DNA from: a virus
Taxonomy: Duplodnaviria; Heunggongvirae; Uroviricota; Caudoviricetes
DNA length: 64,000 nt
IMG/VR virus record: IMGVR_UViG_3300038548_000082
Location: 30,889-94,888 of that record
Strand: one strand, 5' to 3'
Shown here: positions 54,577-63,254 of the stretch, piece after piece
Layout: every line of letters starts with the position of its first letter
Numbering within the stretch: the first letter of the stretch is position 1
Translations under genes and position numbers: made by a program
The notes under the pieces: model-generated
Told to the model about the DNA's origin: nothing
Seen by the model: the letters and a program-made list of their open reading frames with translations, nothing else
Database searches by the model: none

Positions 54577-56229
54577 ATGAAGAACACAGCAGAACAGAAC
54601 ACTTGCGTAGACATTTATTCAGATAAGAAACCTTTCAAGGTTGAAGCTGTAGCAGGTTCTGGTAAAACTACCACTGTTCGTATTATGGCTGAGTCAGATA
54701 TGGAACGTTCAGCTTTGTACTTAGCTTTCAACAAGGCTGCTGCTGATGAAGCTGCTGAGAAGATGCCTTCTAACACAGAGTGTCGTACAACTCACTCTAT
54801 CGCTTACCGTTCAATCATAGGCAGTCCTAACTCGGTACTGGGAAGTAAGCTCTCACGTCCTGCATGGAACCCTAAGAAGTATGTTAATGCTGGTGGTACT
54901 GTGAAAGAGATTAAGAACTTGGCTAAAGTTAAAGATGTACCGGGAGCTAATAAACTAGCTATCGCTCGTGTGGCTAAGCAGTCTGTAGCTTGTTTTGAAG
55001 CTTCTGCATCTAATGCTATCACTGAAGACCACATTCCTTATGTTGAGCTTCAGAAGCTACGTGATAAGGCGGCTAAACTAGATACAGCGTTCTCTGAAAA
55101 GCAGTTTATCAAAGGTGTGCTGTGTTGTGCTGAGACACTTTGGCAAGCTCGTATCGATGAAACTTCACCTGTAGTGATGAGTCATGATACTTATCTAAAG
55201 CTTTACCAACTGAGCAAGCCAGTACTCAACTACGATGTGATCTTCTTAGATGAAGCACAAGATACCTCTGATTGCGTTATCGATATTGTTATGCAGCAGA
55301 TGGATCGAGGTACACAGGTTGTATGTGTTGGTGATACCTACCAGTCCATATACGGCTGGAGAGGCGCTGTAAACGCTTTAGCTAAGATAGACACCAAGAG
55401 TACCCCTTTATCTCAATCGTGGCGCTATGGCCCTGAGGTTGCGTCTGTGGCTACTTATATCCTCGATAGTAAGATGATTGTTAAGGGTTCACCACATTTA
55501 GACACAAAAGTAGGTACTGTTGATACCACCAAGCCTTATACACAGTTATTCCGTACTAACATTAAGTTGATCCAGCAAGGTATTAAGCTTATCCGTCAAG
55601 GTGTAAAGGTCCGTATGGATGTAGATGTTAAGGGCTTTGTAAAGATGCTAACTTCTTTGATCGCTCTTAAGTATGGTGACAACAAGAACGTTAAGCATGA
55701 GGACGTAGTTATACACTCTACTTGGGATGATCTTCTGGATGAGGCTGAGGTAGTTAAGGGCGAGTTAAAGCTCCTGTCAAGCCTTGTAGAGCGTGGTAAT
55801 GCACAGGAAGTACTTGACATCCTTGGCGGTTATACTAAGGCTAGAAACCCTCATGTAATCCTCTCTACTGCACATAAGTCTAAGGGTATGGAATACCCTC
55901 AAGTAATCCTTGGTGATGACTTCATGGATGTATTTGATGATGAAGGTAACTTCATTGAGCCTAGTGATATGGAACGTAACCTTATGTACGTTGCTGCTAC
56001 TCGTGCTATAGAGTGTTTGCAGTTGAATAAGACTGTCTCTGATATCATTGCTCATCGTAAGCGTGGTTCTGACCTATCATTTGAAGAAGATCATGATCGT
56101 TCAGATATGGATAACTTTGAATTAGAGGGATTACTTGAAATGGAAGCGTCTAGCATTGAAGAAAAGTTTGACAAGGTAGTGGGAAATCAAGTAAGATCAC
56201 TTCAAACAGACTTACCTTGGAGGGCGTAA
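54577..56229 (+). CDS. UvrD/PcrA-family DNA helicase
   Basis: Walker A AGSGKTTT, DEAQD box, motif III GDTYQSIYGWRGA. Confidence 0.8.
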   Translation: MKNTAEQNTCVDIYSDKKPFKVEAVAGSGKTTTVRIMAESDMERSALYLAFNKAAADEAAEKMPSNTECRTTHSIAYRSIIGSPNSVLGSKLSRPAWNPKKYVNAGGTVKEIKNLAKVKDVPGANKLAIARVAKQSVACFEASASNAITEDHIPYVELQKLRDKAAKLDTAFSEKQFIKGVLCCAETLWQARIDETSPVVMSHDTYLKLYQLSKPVLNYDVIFLDEAQDTSDCVIDIVMQQMDRGTQVVCVGDTYQSIYGWRGAVNALAKIDTKSTPLSQSWRYGPEVASVATYILDSKMIVKGSPHLDTKVGTVDTTKPYTQLFRTNIKLIQQGIKLIRQGVKVRMDVDVKGFVKMLTSLIALKYGDNKNVKHEDVVIHSTWDDLLDEAEVVKGELKLLSSLVERGNAQEVLDILGGYTKARNPHVILSTAHKSKGMEYPQVILGDDFMDVFDDEGNFIEPSDMERNLMYVAATRAIECLQLNKTVSDIIAHRKRGSDLSFEEDHDRSDMDNFELEGLLEMEASSIEEKFDKVVGNQVRSLQTDLPWRA

Positions 56230-56750
56230 TGACAACGATAGTTATAGACAGACTTAATAAAAGGTTGTACACTGACTCTAGAGTAACGATTACCCCGAAG
56301 GCTACTAAAATCTTTGGAAAGGTAATCTACAGGAAGGGTGAGGAGAGCATCAGGGATGACTGGTGTAAGGTGATGTACAGTACACGTAATAGGATTATAA
56401 CAGGAAGTGGTAACGTTGCTCTGATACAGAAGTACCGAGACTACCTATTAGGTAAGCGTAAGTTCTGTCCTAAGTTAGTTGACACAACGGTATACGATAT
56501 TACTTTCGCTCCTACCTTCAAAGTCATCTGTAATGATGACGGGAAGATCCACGAGTGTACTGGGGACTTCCACGTAACTGGAAGTGGGGCTGACTATGCA
56601 TGTGGTGCTATTGTGGCAAGACCTTTCGCTGAAAGTAAAGATAAAGTGACTACTGCAATAAAAGCAGCTATAAAACTTGACAAGTATTCTGGGGGCGACA
56701 TTGTTGAATACGATCTCTCAGGACGCTGGTACGATGAAGATAAATGTTAA
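56229..56750 (+). CDS. HslV-like Ntn-hydrolase peptidase (proteasome beta family)
   Basis: MTTIV N-terminus (Thr2 nucleophile after Met removal), GSGNVAL and TGSGADYACGAIVA aligning to HslV GFAGGTADAF / IGSGGPYAQAAARA. Confidence 0.6.
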   Translation: MTTIVIDRLNKRLYTDSRVTITPKATKIFGKVIYRKGEESIRDDWCKVMYSTRNRIITGSGNVALIQKYRDYLLGKRKFCPKLVDTTVYDITFAPTFKVICNDDGKIHECTGDFHVTGSGADYACGAIVARPFAESKDKVTTAIKAAIKLDKYSGGDIVEYDLSGRWYDEDKC

Positions 56751-56764
56751 AAGGAGAATAAAAT

Positions 56765-57898
56765 ATGTTACCAACACTATACGGTAAAGCAAGTAATGGA
56801 AAGATTAGGCAGTGGGTTGTCTACGTGGAAGACGATGAAGTTGTTGTCTTATCTGGGCAAGTTAATGGCAAGCAAAAGGAAGATCGCTCTACCAGTGCTC
56901 CCAAGAATATCGGTAAGTCCAATGAGACTACCGCCCACCAACAAGCATGGTTGGAAGCAGAGTCAAAGTGGAAGAAGAAACTTAAGCAAGACTATCGGGA
57001 ATCTGTAGAAGATATCCCTCAGTCAACACTACCTAATCTTGCTCATAAGTATCAAGAGAAGGCTCACACTATCAACTGGAATCAAACTTGGGAACTACCT
57101 AAGCTAGATGGAGTTCGTGGTAGTAGCTTCTATAAGAACAATGGTCAGATTCTTCAGTCACGAGGTGGTGAAGAGTATCCAGTTATTCAGGAGATAGCTG
57201 ATGAACTTGAAGAGTGCTTCTTTGCGGATTATCCAGATTCATTTGTTGATGGTGAGCTTTACTGTCATGGTATGTACTTGGAGGATATTACAGCCTGTGT
57301 TAAGAAGCACAATGAGGATACTAAGAAGATTGAATTTCATGTATTCGATTGGTTGCATAACCAAGATGACAATCATGGATGGTATGAGCGTTATAACAGG
57401 TACTCAAATAAACTAAGTTTGTACTACATGGGCTTAGGGGGAGACTACAACGGACGTATTAAAGGTGTTTACGCAGCCCCCTGTCCATCAGAGCAATTGA
57501 TGTTAGACACTCACGCGATGTATGTTAAACAGGGTTACGAAGGTATCATCCTACGTGACCAGTTCGAGAAGTACAGCTTCGGTAACCGTACAACAGGTAT
57601 CATCAAGTACAAGGTGCCAGAGTCTGAGGAGTTTGTAGTAGACTCCTTCGAGATCTCTAAGCGAGGTGAGGGTACACCTTGGTGTATGTATGTAGGTCTT
57701 GATGGTAAGCCGGGATTATTTAAAGCCCCAGTTGCTACGACTATTGAACGCCGTAAGTTCTATGCTCAGAACCCAGAGAAGTTCATTGGTAAGCATTTAA
57801 CAGTTGACTTTGAGAAGCTTTCGAAGTATGGTAAACCAACTAAGCCAATTGGCAAAGCATTTAGGGAGGTAGATTTAGATGGCAACCCGAAAACATAA
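56765..57898 (+). CDS. ATP-dependent DNA ligase
   Basis: KxDG motif LPKLDGVRG; 377 aa (T7-ligase size). Confidence 0.8.
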   Translation: MLPTLYGKASNGKIRQWVVYVEDDEVVVLSGQVNGKQKEDRSTSAPKNIGKSNETTAHQQAWLEAESKWKKKLKQDYRESVEDIPQSTLPNLAHKYQEKAHTINWNQTWELPKLDGVRGSSFYKNNGQILQSRGGEEYPVIQEIADELEECFFADYPDSFVDGELYCHGMYLEDITACVKKHNEDTKKIEFHVFDWLHNQDDNHGWYERYNRYSNKLSLYYMGLGGDYNGRIKGVYAAPCPSEQLMLDTHAMYVKQGYEGIILRDQFEKYSFGNRTTGIIKYKVPESEEFVVDSFEISKRGEGTPWCMYVGLDGKPGLFKAPVATTIERRKFYAQNPEKFIGKHLTVDFEKLSKYGKPTKPIGKAFREVDLDGNPKT

Positions 57899-58088
57899 AA
57901 GTAATATGAAATACGAGATAGGGGATGAAGTAAACTTCTATCAGAATAAAGAGGTCCGTACAGGCACTGTCAGTTTTATTGGTAGTAGTTTTATTTCTGT
58001 TTACCCAAACACGGCAGAAGTTTCAGATGCAGCTGGTGAGCCTATACGAGAGATTGAATATGTTGTTGAGAAAGGAGATATTATATGA
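57879..58088 (+). CDS. hypothetical protein
   Basis: ORF track. Confidence 0.35.
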   Translation: MATRKHKSNMKYEIGDEVNFYQNKEVRTGTVSFIGSSFISVYPNTAEVSDAAGEPIREIEYVVEKGDII

Positions 58089-58942
58089 GTAGTTTTACAG
58101 TGAGGTTATGTGGAACCAGACAATCTTATTGCACAATGGAGTACACTCTTTTTAATGGTGGTGAAGTAAACCTACGGTTACCTGAGAATTTCCTAGGTAA
58201 TCCAGAGGTGGGGTCAGTTATTGTTGACGCTTGGCTGCAAAGTTCAGATGATATTATAGCTTTGTGTATGCTCACTGATGCGTTGAAACGAGAATATCCA
58301 GTTGCCAAGTACCAACTTCTAATAAACTATATCCCCTATGCTAGGCAGGATAGAGTGTGTAATGAAGGCGAGGCTTTATCTATTAAGGTTTTTGCTAATA
58401 TTATTAATACTCTAAGCTTCGATTCTGTGGCGTTAATAGACCCACATAGTGAAGTCGCAGGTGCTGTACTGGATAATGTAACTCGTGTAGTCACACAAGA
58501 TGAGATTATACAAACGTCCCCTGTGTTAGCTACTAAGCTAAGCGAAAAAGGCGTCATTCTGATTTCCCCTGATGCTGGAGCTACGAAGAAGACTGAAACC
58601 GTTTCTAAAGCTTTTGGTGGTGTACCAGTAGTTCAGGGTTATAAGCAACGGGATCTAGCCACAGGAGCATTATCAGGCTTCGGTGTTAGCGATCCTGAAG
58701 GACTACTACATCAAGCTGATTGTCTAATTGTAGATGATATCTGTGATGGTGGTGGAACTTTCCTAGGGTTAGCTGCTGAACTACGTAAGGCTGGTGCTCA
58801 AACTGTTTCACTCTATGTCACTCACGGTATCTTTTCACAAGGAATTGAGAAACTACTGGACAATGGTATTGACCGTGTGTACACTACGGATTCATTCTTA
58901 AGTGGGGAACAGCATGAGCGACTTGAAGTTATCAAACTGTGA
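58085..58942 (+). CDS. prs: ribose-phosphate pyrophosphokinase (PRPP synthetase)
   Basis: PRPP-binding loop LIVDDICDGGGT. Confidence 0.8.
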   Translation: MSSFTVRLCGTRQSYCTMEYTLFNGGEVNLRLPENFLGNPEVGSVIVDAWLQSSDDIIALCMLTDALKREYPVAKYQLLINYIPYARQDRVCNEGEALSIKVFANIINTLSFDSVALIDPHSEVAGAVLDNVTRVVTQDEIIQTSPVLATKLSEKGVILISPDAGATKKTETVSKAFGGVPVVQGYKQRDLATGALSGFGVSDPEGLLHQADCLIVDDICDGGGTFLGLAAELRKAGAQTVSLYVTHGIFSQGIEKLLDNGIDRVYTTDSFLSGEQHERLEVIKL

Positions 58943-59235
58943 GATCAAAGACTACATCTTGCTGAAGCACGTAAGCAGAGATAGTGGTAAACTTAGAACT
59001 TATTTCATCAAGAGGAGCACTTTGGATGGGAACAGCTACGAGTTTGAAGATGGTTTCAACGAGCGGTATGCTATGCTGCTATCAGACATTGTTACGGAAG
59101 GTCATCTTGTATTCAAATGCAGGTACGACATTAACACCCTACTACTGTTAGGATTAAACATTTATTAAATAATGGTGGACACTTACTCAGTAAATCAGTA
59201 TAGTGTCCTCACTAACTAATACAAAGGAGAAACAC

Positions 59236-60984
59236 ATGAGTAATTTCCCAGCCACTTTGAGTTCAGACGTCTATAAGGTATTCCACCCAGCAGCAGGTCA
59301 CCCTGATATTGTGGCAACCTACGAGAACTTTACAAACCGTAGTGGACGTTTGAGTAACGTCAAAGATAATAAGGCTGTAGTCAATGTAGGTTGGCAGGCT
59401 GTTATTAAGAAGCACTTGATTGACCGTTGGAATAACACCTTCTTCAAGGTAGAGAAGTCTAAGGCTATTGCCCGTTACAAGGTGGTAACTACATCTATCC
59501 TAGGTTACGAAGTCTCTACCACTCACTTGGAGAAGCTACATGATCTTGGCTACTTGCCACTACGTGTTAAGACTTACCCCGAAGGTACTTTAGTTCCTTA
59601 TAGTGTCGCTAGTGCTACATTTGAAACAACTGTATTTGGTTTTGAATGGTTGCCCGGTATGCTTGAGACTGTTATCTCTCAAGAGGTTTGGCCCATTCAG
59701 ACTGCGGCTACCACCTCTCTTGCGTATCAGCGTAAGCAGAAACAGTTATTTGAAGAAACTGGTGGTCCTATGGAGCTGTTACCTTTCATGATTCACGACT
59801 TCTCAGCGCGTGGTGGCTTTGGTGAAGAAGCTTCTGCAATGTCAGGTTTTGGTCACCTAGCAGCAGGTTCAGCAGGTTCGGATACTATCGCAGCAGGTAT
59901 GTTTGCTGAGGAGTACTACTGTGCTGACTGGGAGAATGAATTGATTATGGCTTCCGTCAACGCCACTGAACATAGCGTTACCTGTGGATGGTTAGAAGAA
60001 GGTGAAGCAGTATACTTCAAGCACTTGATGGAGAACGTTGCACCTGAGGGCATCCTGTCCGTTGTATCGGATACTTGGGACTTCTGGCACACTGTTACTG
60101 TAATTGCAGACGAGCTTAAAGAAGTTATCATGAACCGTAATGGTAAGCTTGTGTTCCGTCCTGATAGTGGTGACCCTGTTGATATCTTGTGTGGTACAGG
60201 AGCTGAGTTTAATTTTGAAACCTTGGAAGACGCTCTAGATGAATTTGAGGACTACCACTCTAACCAAGCAACCGAAGATTGTGAGGGTGCTTATAATATT
60301 GGCAACGAGAGCTACACTGATCTAGTTCAGGCTGACGGTAAATACTACGAGATCACTACCAAGTTTGAATATAACCGCCACGACAAGATGTACTACTTCA
60401 TTGACAATTATACCTCTGGATATGGAGAACCTGTTGCAGTGGAAGTAGAAGCTACACCAGAAATGAAAGGTCTTGTAGAAGTCCTATGGGATACCTTCGG
60501 TGGTACAGTTACTGACAAAGGTTTCAAGATGCTTGACGAACACGTTGGTGCTATCTACGGTGATGCAATCACATTAGAACGTCAGGACCAGATTGGTGAC
60601 CGTTTGAAGGCTAAAGGCTTCGTACCTCAGGTAGTACTTGGTGTAGGCTCTTTTAGTTTCCAGTACGTTACTCGTGATACTCACGGCTCAGCTATGAAGG
60701 CTACTAATGTGACTAAGGTAGATCATGTAGCTGCTTCTGAGACGTTTGGGGAGACCCCAACTTATGACCAACCAATCTTCAAAGATCCTAAAACGGATTC
60801 TAAGAAGAAGTCTGCTAAAGGTCTACTACGAGTAGAACGTGAAGATGGTCAGCTTGTTCAATACGACATGCAAACTCGTGAGCAAGAGAAAGAAGGCTTA
60901 CTACAAGTTGTCTTTGAAGATGGTGTGCTGTACAATGAGCAAACCTTAAAAGGCATCCGAGAGCTTGTTGCAAGTCAGCTGTAA
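59236..60984 (+). CDS. nadV: nicotinamide phosphoribosyltransferase
   Basis: N-terminal NFPATLSSDVYKVFHP and overall ~580 aa NAMPT-like; AAGGAG RBS. Confidence 0.8.
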   Translation: MSNFPATLSSDVYKVFHPAAGHPDIVATYENFTNRSGRLSNVKDNKAVVNVGWQAVIKKHLIDRWNNTFFKVEKSKAIARYKVVTTSILGYEVSTTHLEKLHDLGYLPLRVKTYPEGTLVPYSVASATFETTVFGFEWLPGMLETVISQEVWPIQTAATTSLAYQRKQKQLFEETGGPMELLPFMIHDFSARGGFGEEASAMSGFGHLAAGSAGSDTIAAGMFAEEYYCADWENELIMASVNATEHSVTCGWLEEGEAVYFKHLMENVAPEGILSVVSDTWDFWHTVTVIADELKEVIMNRNGKLVFRPDSGDPVDILCGTGAEFNFETLEDALDEFEDYHSNQATEDCEGAYNIGNESYTDLVQADGKYYEITTKFEYNRHDKMYYFIDNYTSGYGEPVAVEVEATPEMKGLVEVLWDTFGGTVTDKGFKMLDEHVGAIYGDAITLERQDQIGDRLKAKGFVPQVVLGVGSFSFQYVTRDTHGSAMKATNVTKVDHVAASETFGETPTYDQPIFKDPKTDSKKKSAKGLLRVEREDGQLVQYDMQTREQEKEGLLQVVFEDGVLYNEQTLKGIRELVASQL

Positions 60985-60998
60985 GTAAAGGAGCACCT

Positions 60999-61169
60999 AT
61001 GAGGTTTATTCTAGTACTGGGATTACTATTATTACTTCATGGGTGCTCTACACAGTTGGAAAAGAACGATGAAGGTTGGGATAGACCTACAATTGGAGAA
61101 GGGGCTTGTCGAGTACGAGGTAAGATTTGGAAAGGTGAGCCTAAACTTAAATGCGAGTGGGCTTTTTAA
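60999..61169 (+). CDS. 56-aa lipoprotein candidate (signal MRFILVLGLLLLLHG|C)
   Basis: AAGGAG RBS, lipobox-like LHGC; alternative to ORF-track 61039..61371 in another frame. Confidence 0.4.
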   Translation: MRFILVLGLLLLLHGCSTQLEKNDEGWDRPTIGEGACRVRGKIWKGEPKLKCEWAF

Positions 61170-61363
61170 TAGGAGGGAGAATGTTCTTATTCTATCTAAT
61201 TTTGGTGTACGTGAGAAAGACCCGCTCAGTGTATACCATGACACAGAAAGGGGTTCAGAGCCTCATTCAACGAGGAGAGACTGTTGTCTCGTGGATACCG
61301 CACTTCTTGAGGTAGTGTATGGGTCTAAAATGAAAATAAATCAGAAGAGGAGTTTGAACACGT

Positions 61364-61624
61364 ATGATTAAAGTAGAGAGTAAAGATGGAAAGGTTTTTG
61401 ACTTTACAAAAATAGATGAGGTTAAGCTATTAGACTCCTCAGTAGATATAGTAAATATCTGGTGGATTGTCTTTTGGGTTATCATCTTCTTTCCTATCGC
61501 TATTGTGTTGGCAGTACTTGGTATGAGTAGTAAGAAATATACTTGCGTAGTTAAAAGCGATGATTATAATGGAGTCCATACATTTGATAAAGTTAATTAT
61601 CACCGATTAATGGTTGGGCTGTAG
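61364..61624 (+). CDS. small membrane protein
   Basis: ORF track; central TM. Confidence 0.4.
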   Translation: MIKVESKDGKVFDFTKIDEVKLLDSSVDIVNIWWIVFWVIIFFPIAIVLAVLGMSSKKYTCVVKSDDYNGVHTFDKVNYHRLMVGL

Positions 61625-61626
61625 CT

Positions 61627-61992
61627 ATGAGTGAAGTTGAAATGTACAAACCATTACCAGATAATCCATTACTTGTAGCACATCCTGCTGGGGATGGTAG
61701 TGTAGCAACACATCAAAGGTTTGTGGCAGGGGTTGCAAATATGGCAAAGGATGGTACAATCTTTCTAGGAGTGAGACACTTCTGTCCGTTGATGCGTCAG
61801 AACCTTGACAACTGGATAGCAGCCAAGGGTATCGATGGAGTCCCTGAGAGAGGTATGGCACAAGGTTTTGTAGACCAACATGGTACTTTCATGGATCGTA
61901 AAGAAGCTAAGCTTGTTGCTGTAGCGGCTGATCAGATTAAACGTGAGATAGACTATTGCGGCGATGAACTGTTTTCAGAACATTTACACTAA
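61627..61992 (+). CDS. hypothetical protein
   Basis: ORF track. Confidence 0.45.
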   Translation: MSEVEMYKPLPDNPLLVAHPAGDGSVATHQRFVAGVANMAKDGTIFLGVRHFCPLMRQNLDNWIAAKGIDGVPERGMAQGFVDQHGTFMDRKEAKLVAVAADQIKREIDYCGDELFSEHLH

Positions 61993-62054
61993 GGGGTTGT
62001 TTAATTCACGGAGTTGGTATACAATGGCTTCAACTTAACAAAGAGGACACTATT

Positions 62055-62492
62055 ATGTTAAAACGAGAAGTTACTATTACCGTGGAAAACACATACTGCG
62101 TCTATGCCTGTATCGTCAAACCGCGTATAAAGTTTGGTTGTTCTGGTCGTTCAGTAGATGATTATGAGGATTCTATTATCGTGTTCTTAACAGAAGAAGA
62201 ATGTGAGCAGATTAAACGCATCAACCCCAAAGCGGTGAAGGAGTACACAGACCTTGATTTCTTAAAACGTTTTAAGATACCTCCCGCAGCTGATCTTAAT
62301 GGTAAGGCTTATGTCATGACTTTAACTAACCCTTGTAAGGATACTGTAGTTTTGGATTCCTCAGGTAACCGAGTAACTACTGACCCTGTTGGGAAGTTTG
62401 CAGTATCTTCTGTGACCTTTACCGAGGTTGATTGGGAGTCTCAAAGTCAGAAGGGAACGAGCCTACGGTTGAAAAGTGTAACAATTATGTAA
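62055..62492 (+). CDS. hypothetical protein
   Basis: ORF track. Confidence 0.45.
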   Translation: MLKREVTITVENTYCVYACIVKPRIKFGCSGRSVDDYEDSIIVFLTEEECEQIKRINPKAVKEYTDLDFLKRFKIPPAADLNGKAYVMTLTNPCKDTVVLDSSGNRVTTDPVGKFAVSSVTFTEVDWESQSQKGTSLRLKSVTIM

Positions 62493-62503
62493 GAGGAGAA
62501 AAT

Positions 62504-62929
62504 ATGACTAAATGGGATGAACGCTACTTAGATCTATGTGACTTGGTAGCATCTTGGAGTAAAGACCCTTCCAGTAAATTTGGAGCTGTCATTGTGGACA
62601 AACAAAACAGGGTAGTAGCTTTAGGCTTTAATGGTTTTGCATCAGGCTTCGAGGATACAGAAGAACGTTGGAATGATCGACAGTTTAAATATCGACATGT
62701 TATTCATGCAGAAGAACAAGCAATCTTACACGCTAAGGTTGACTTAAGTGATTGTAGGGTGTATATTCAAGCTCCACCTTGTAGCAGCTGTATGTCTAAG
62801 ATTGCTCAATCTGGTATAAAGCAAGTTATTTGTCGTAGTCCCAGTGAGGATTATCTGTCCAGATGGAGTGTTGATGAGCCTATGCAAGTAGCCAAAGAGT
62901 GTGGCGTAACTGTAACAATGCTTGACTAA
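62504..62929 (+). CDS. dCMP deaminase
   Basis: HAEEQAI ... PCSSCMSKI zinc-binding CDA motifs. Confidence 0.8.
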   Translation: MTKWDERYLDLCDLVASWSKDPSSKFGAVIVDKQNRVVALGFNGFASGFEDTEERWNDRQFKYRHVIHAEEQAILHAKVDLSDCRVYIQAPPCSSCMSKIAQSGIKQVICRSPSEDYLSRWSVDEPMQVAKECGVTVTMLD

Positions 62930-62972
62930 AGGAGAAAAGTATGATTAATGAATTTTCAGGGGGTAAGAAAAT

Positions 62973-63254
62973 ATGAAAAAGTTGTATAAGTTCTATTGGG
63001 ATTGTGGTCGTATGGGGTCGCTTGATGGTATCTTCATAGCAGACGAGAAAGATGTGGCTGACCTTATTGGTAAAGAGATCAGCTTCGGTGAGGTTCTAGG
63101 GAAACACTCTGACGTCTTCGGGACACTAGATAAAGAAGATCTTGAAGTGGTTTCAGAAGACCAAGACCTTATTCAAAAGATTGAGGACATCTTGGGAGAA
63201 ACATTGGGGGGATTTAACCCCTTGGATTATTATGAACCCGAAGAGGAGAATTAG
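62973..63254 (+). CDS. hypothetical acidic protein
   Basis: ORF track. Confidence 0.4.
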   Translation: MKKLYKFYWDCGRMGSLDGIFIADEKDVADLIGKEISFGEVLGKHSDVFGTLDKEDLEVVSEDQDLIQKIEDILGETLGGFNPLDYYEPEEEN

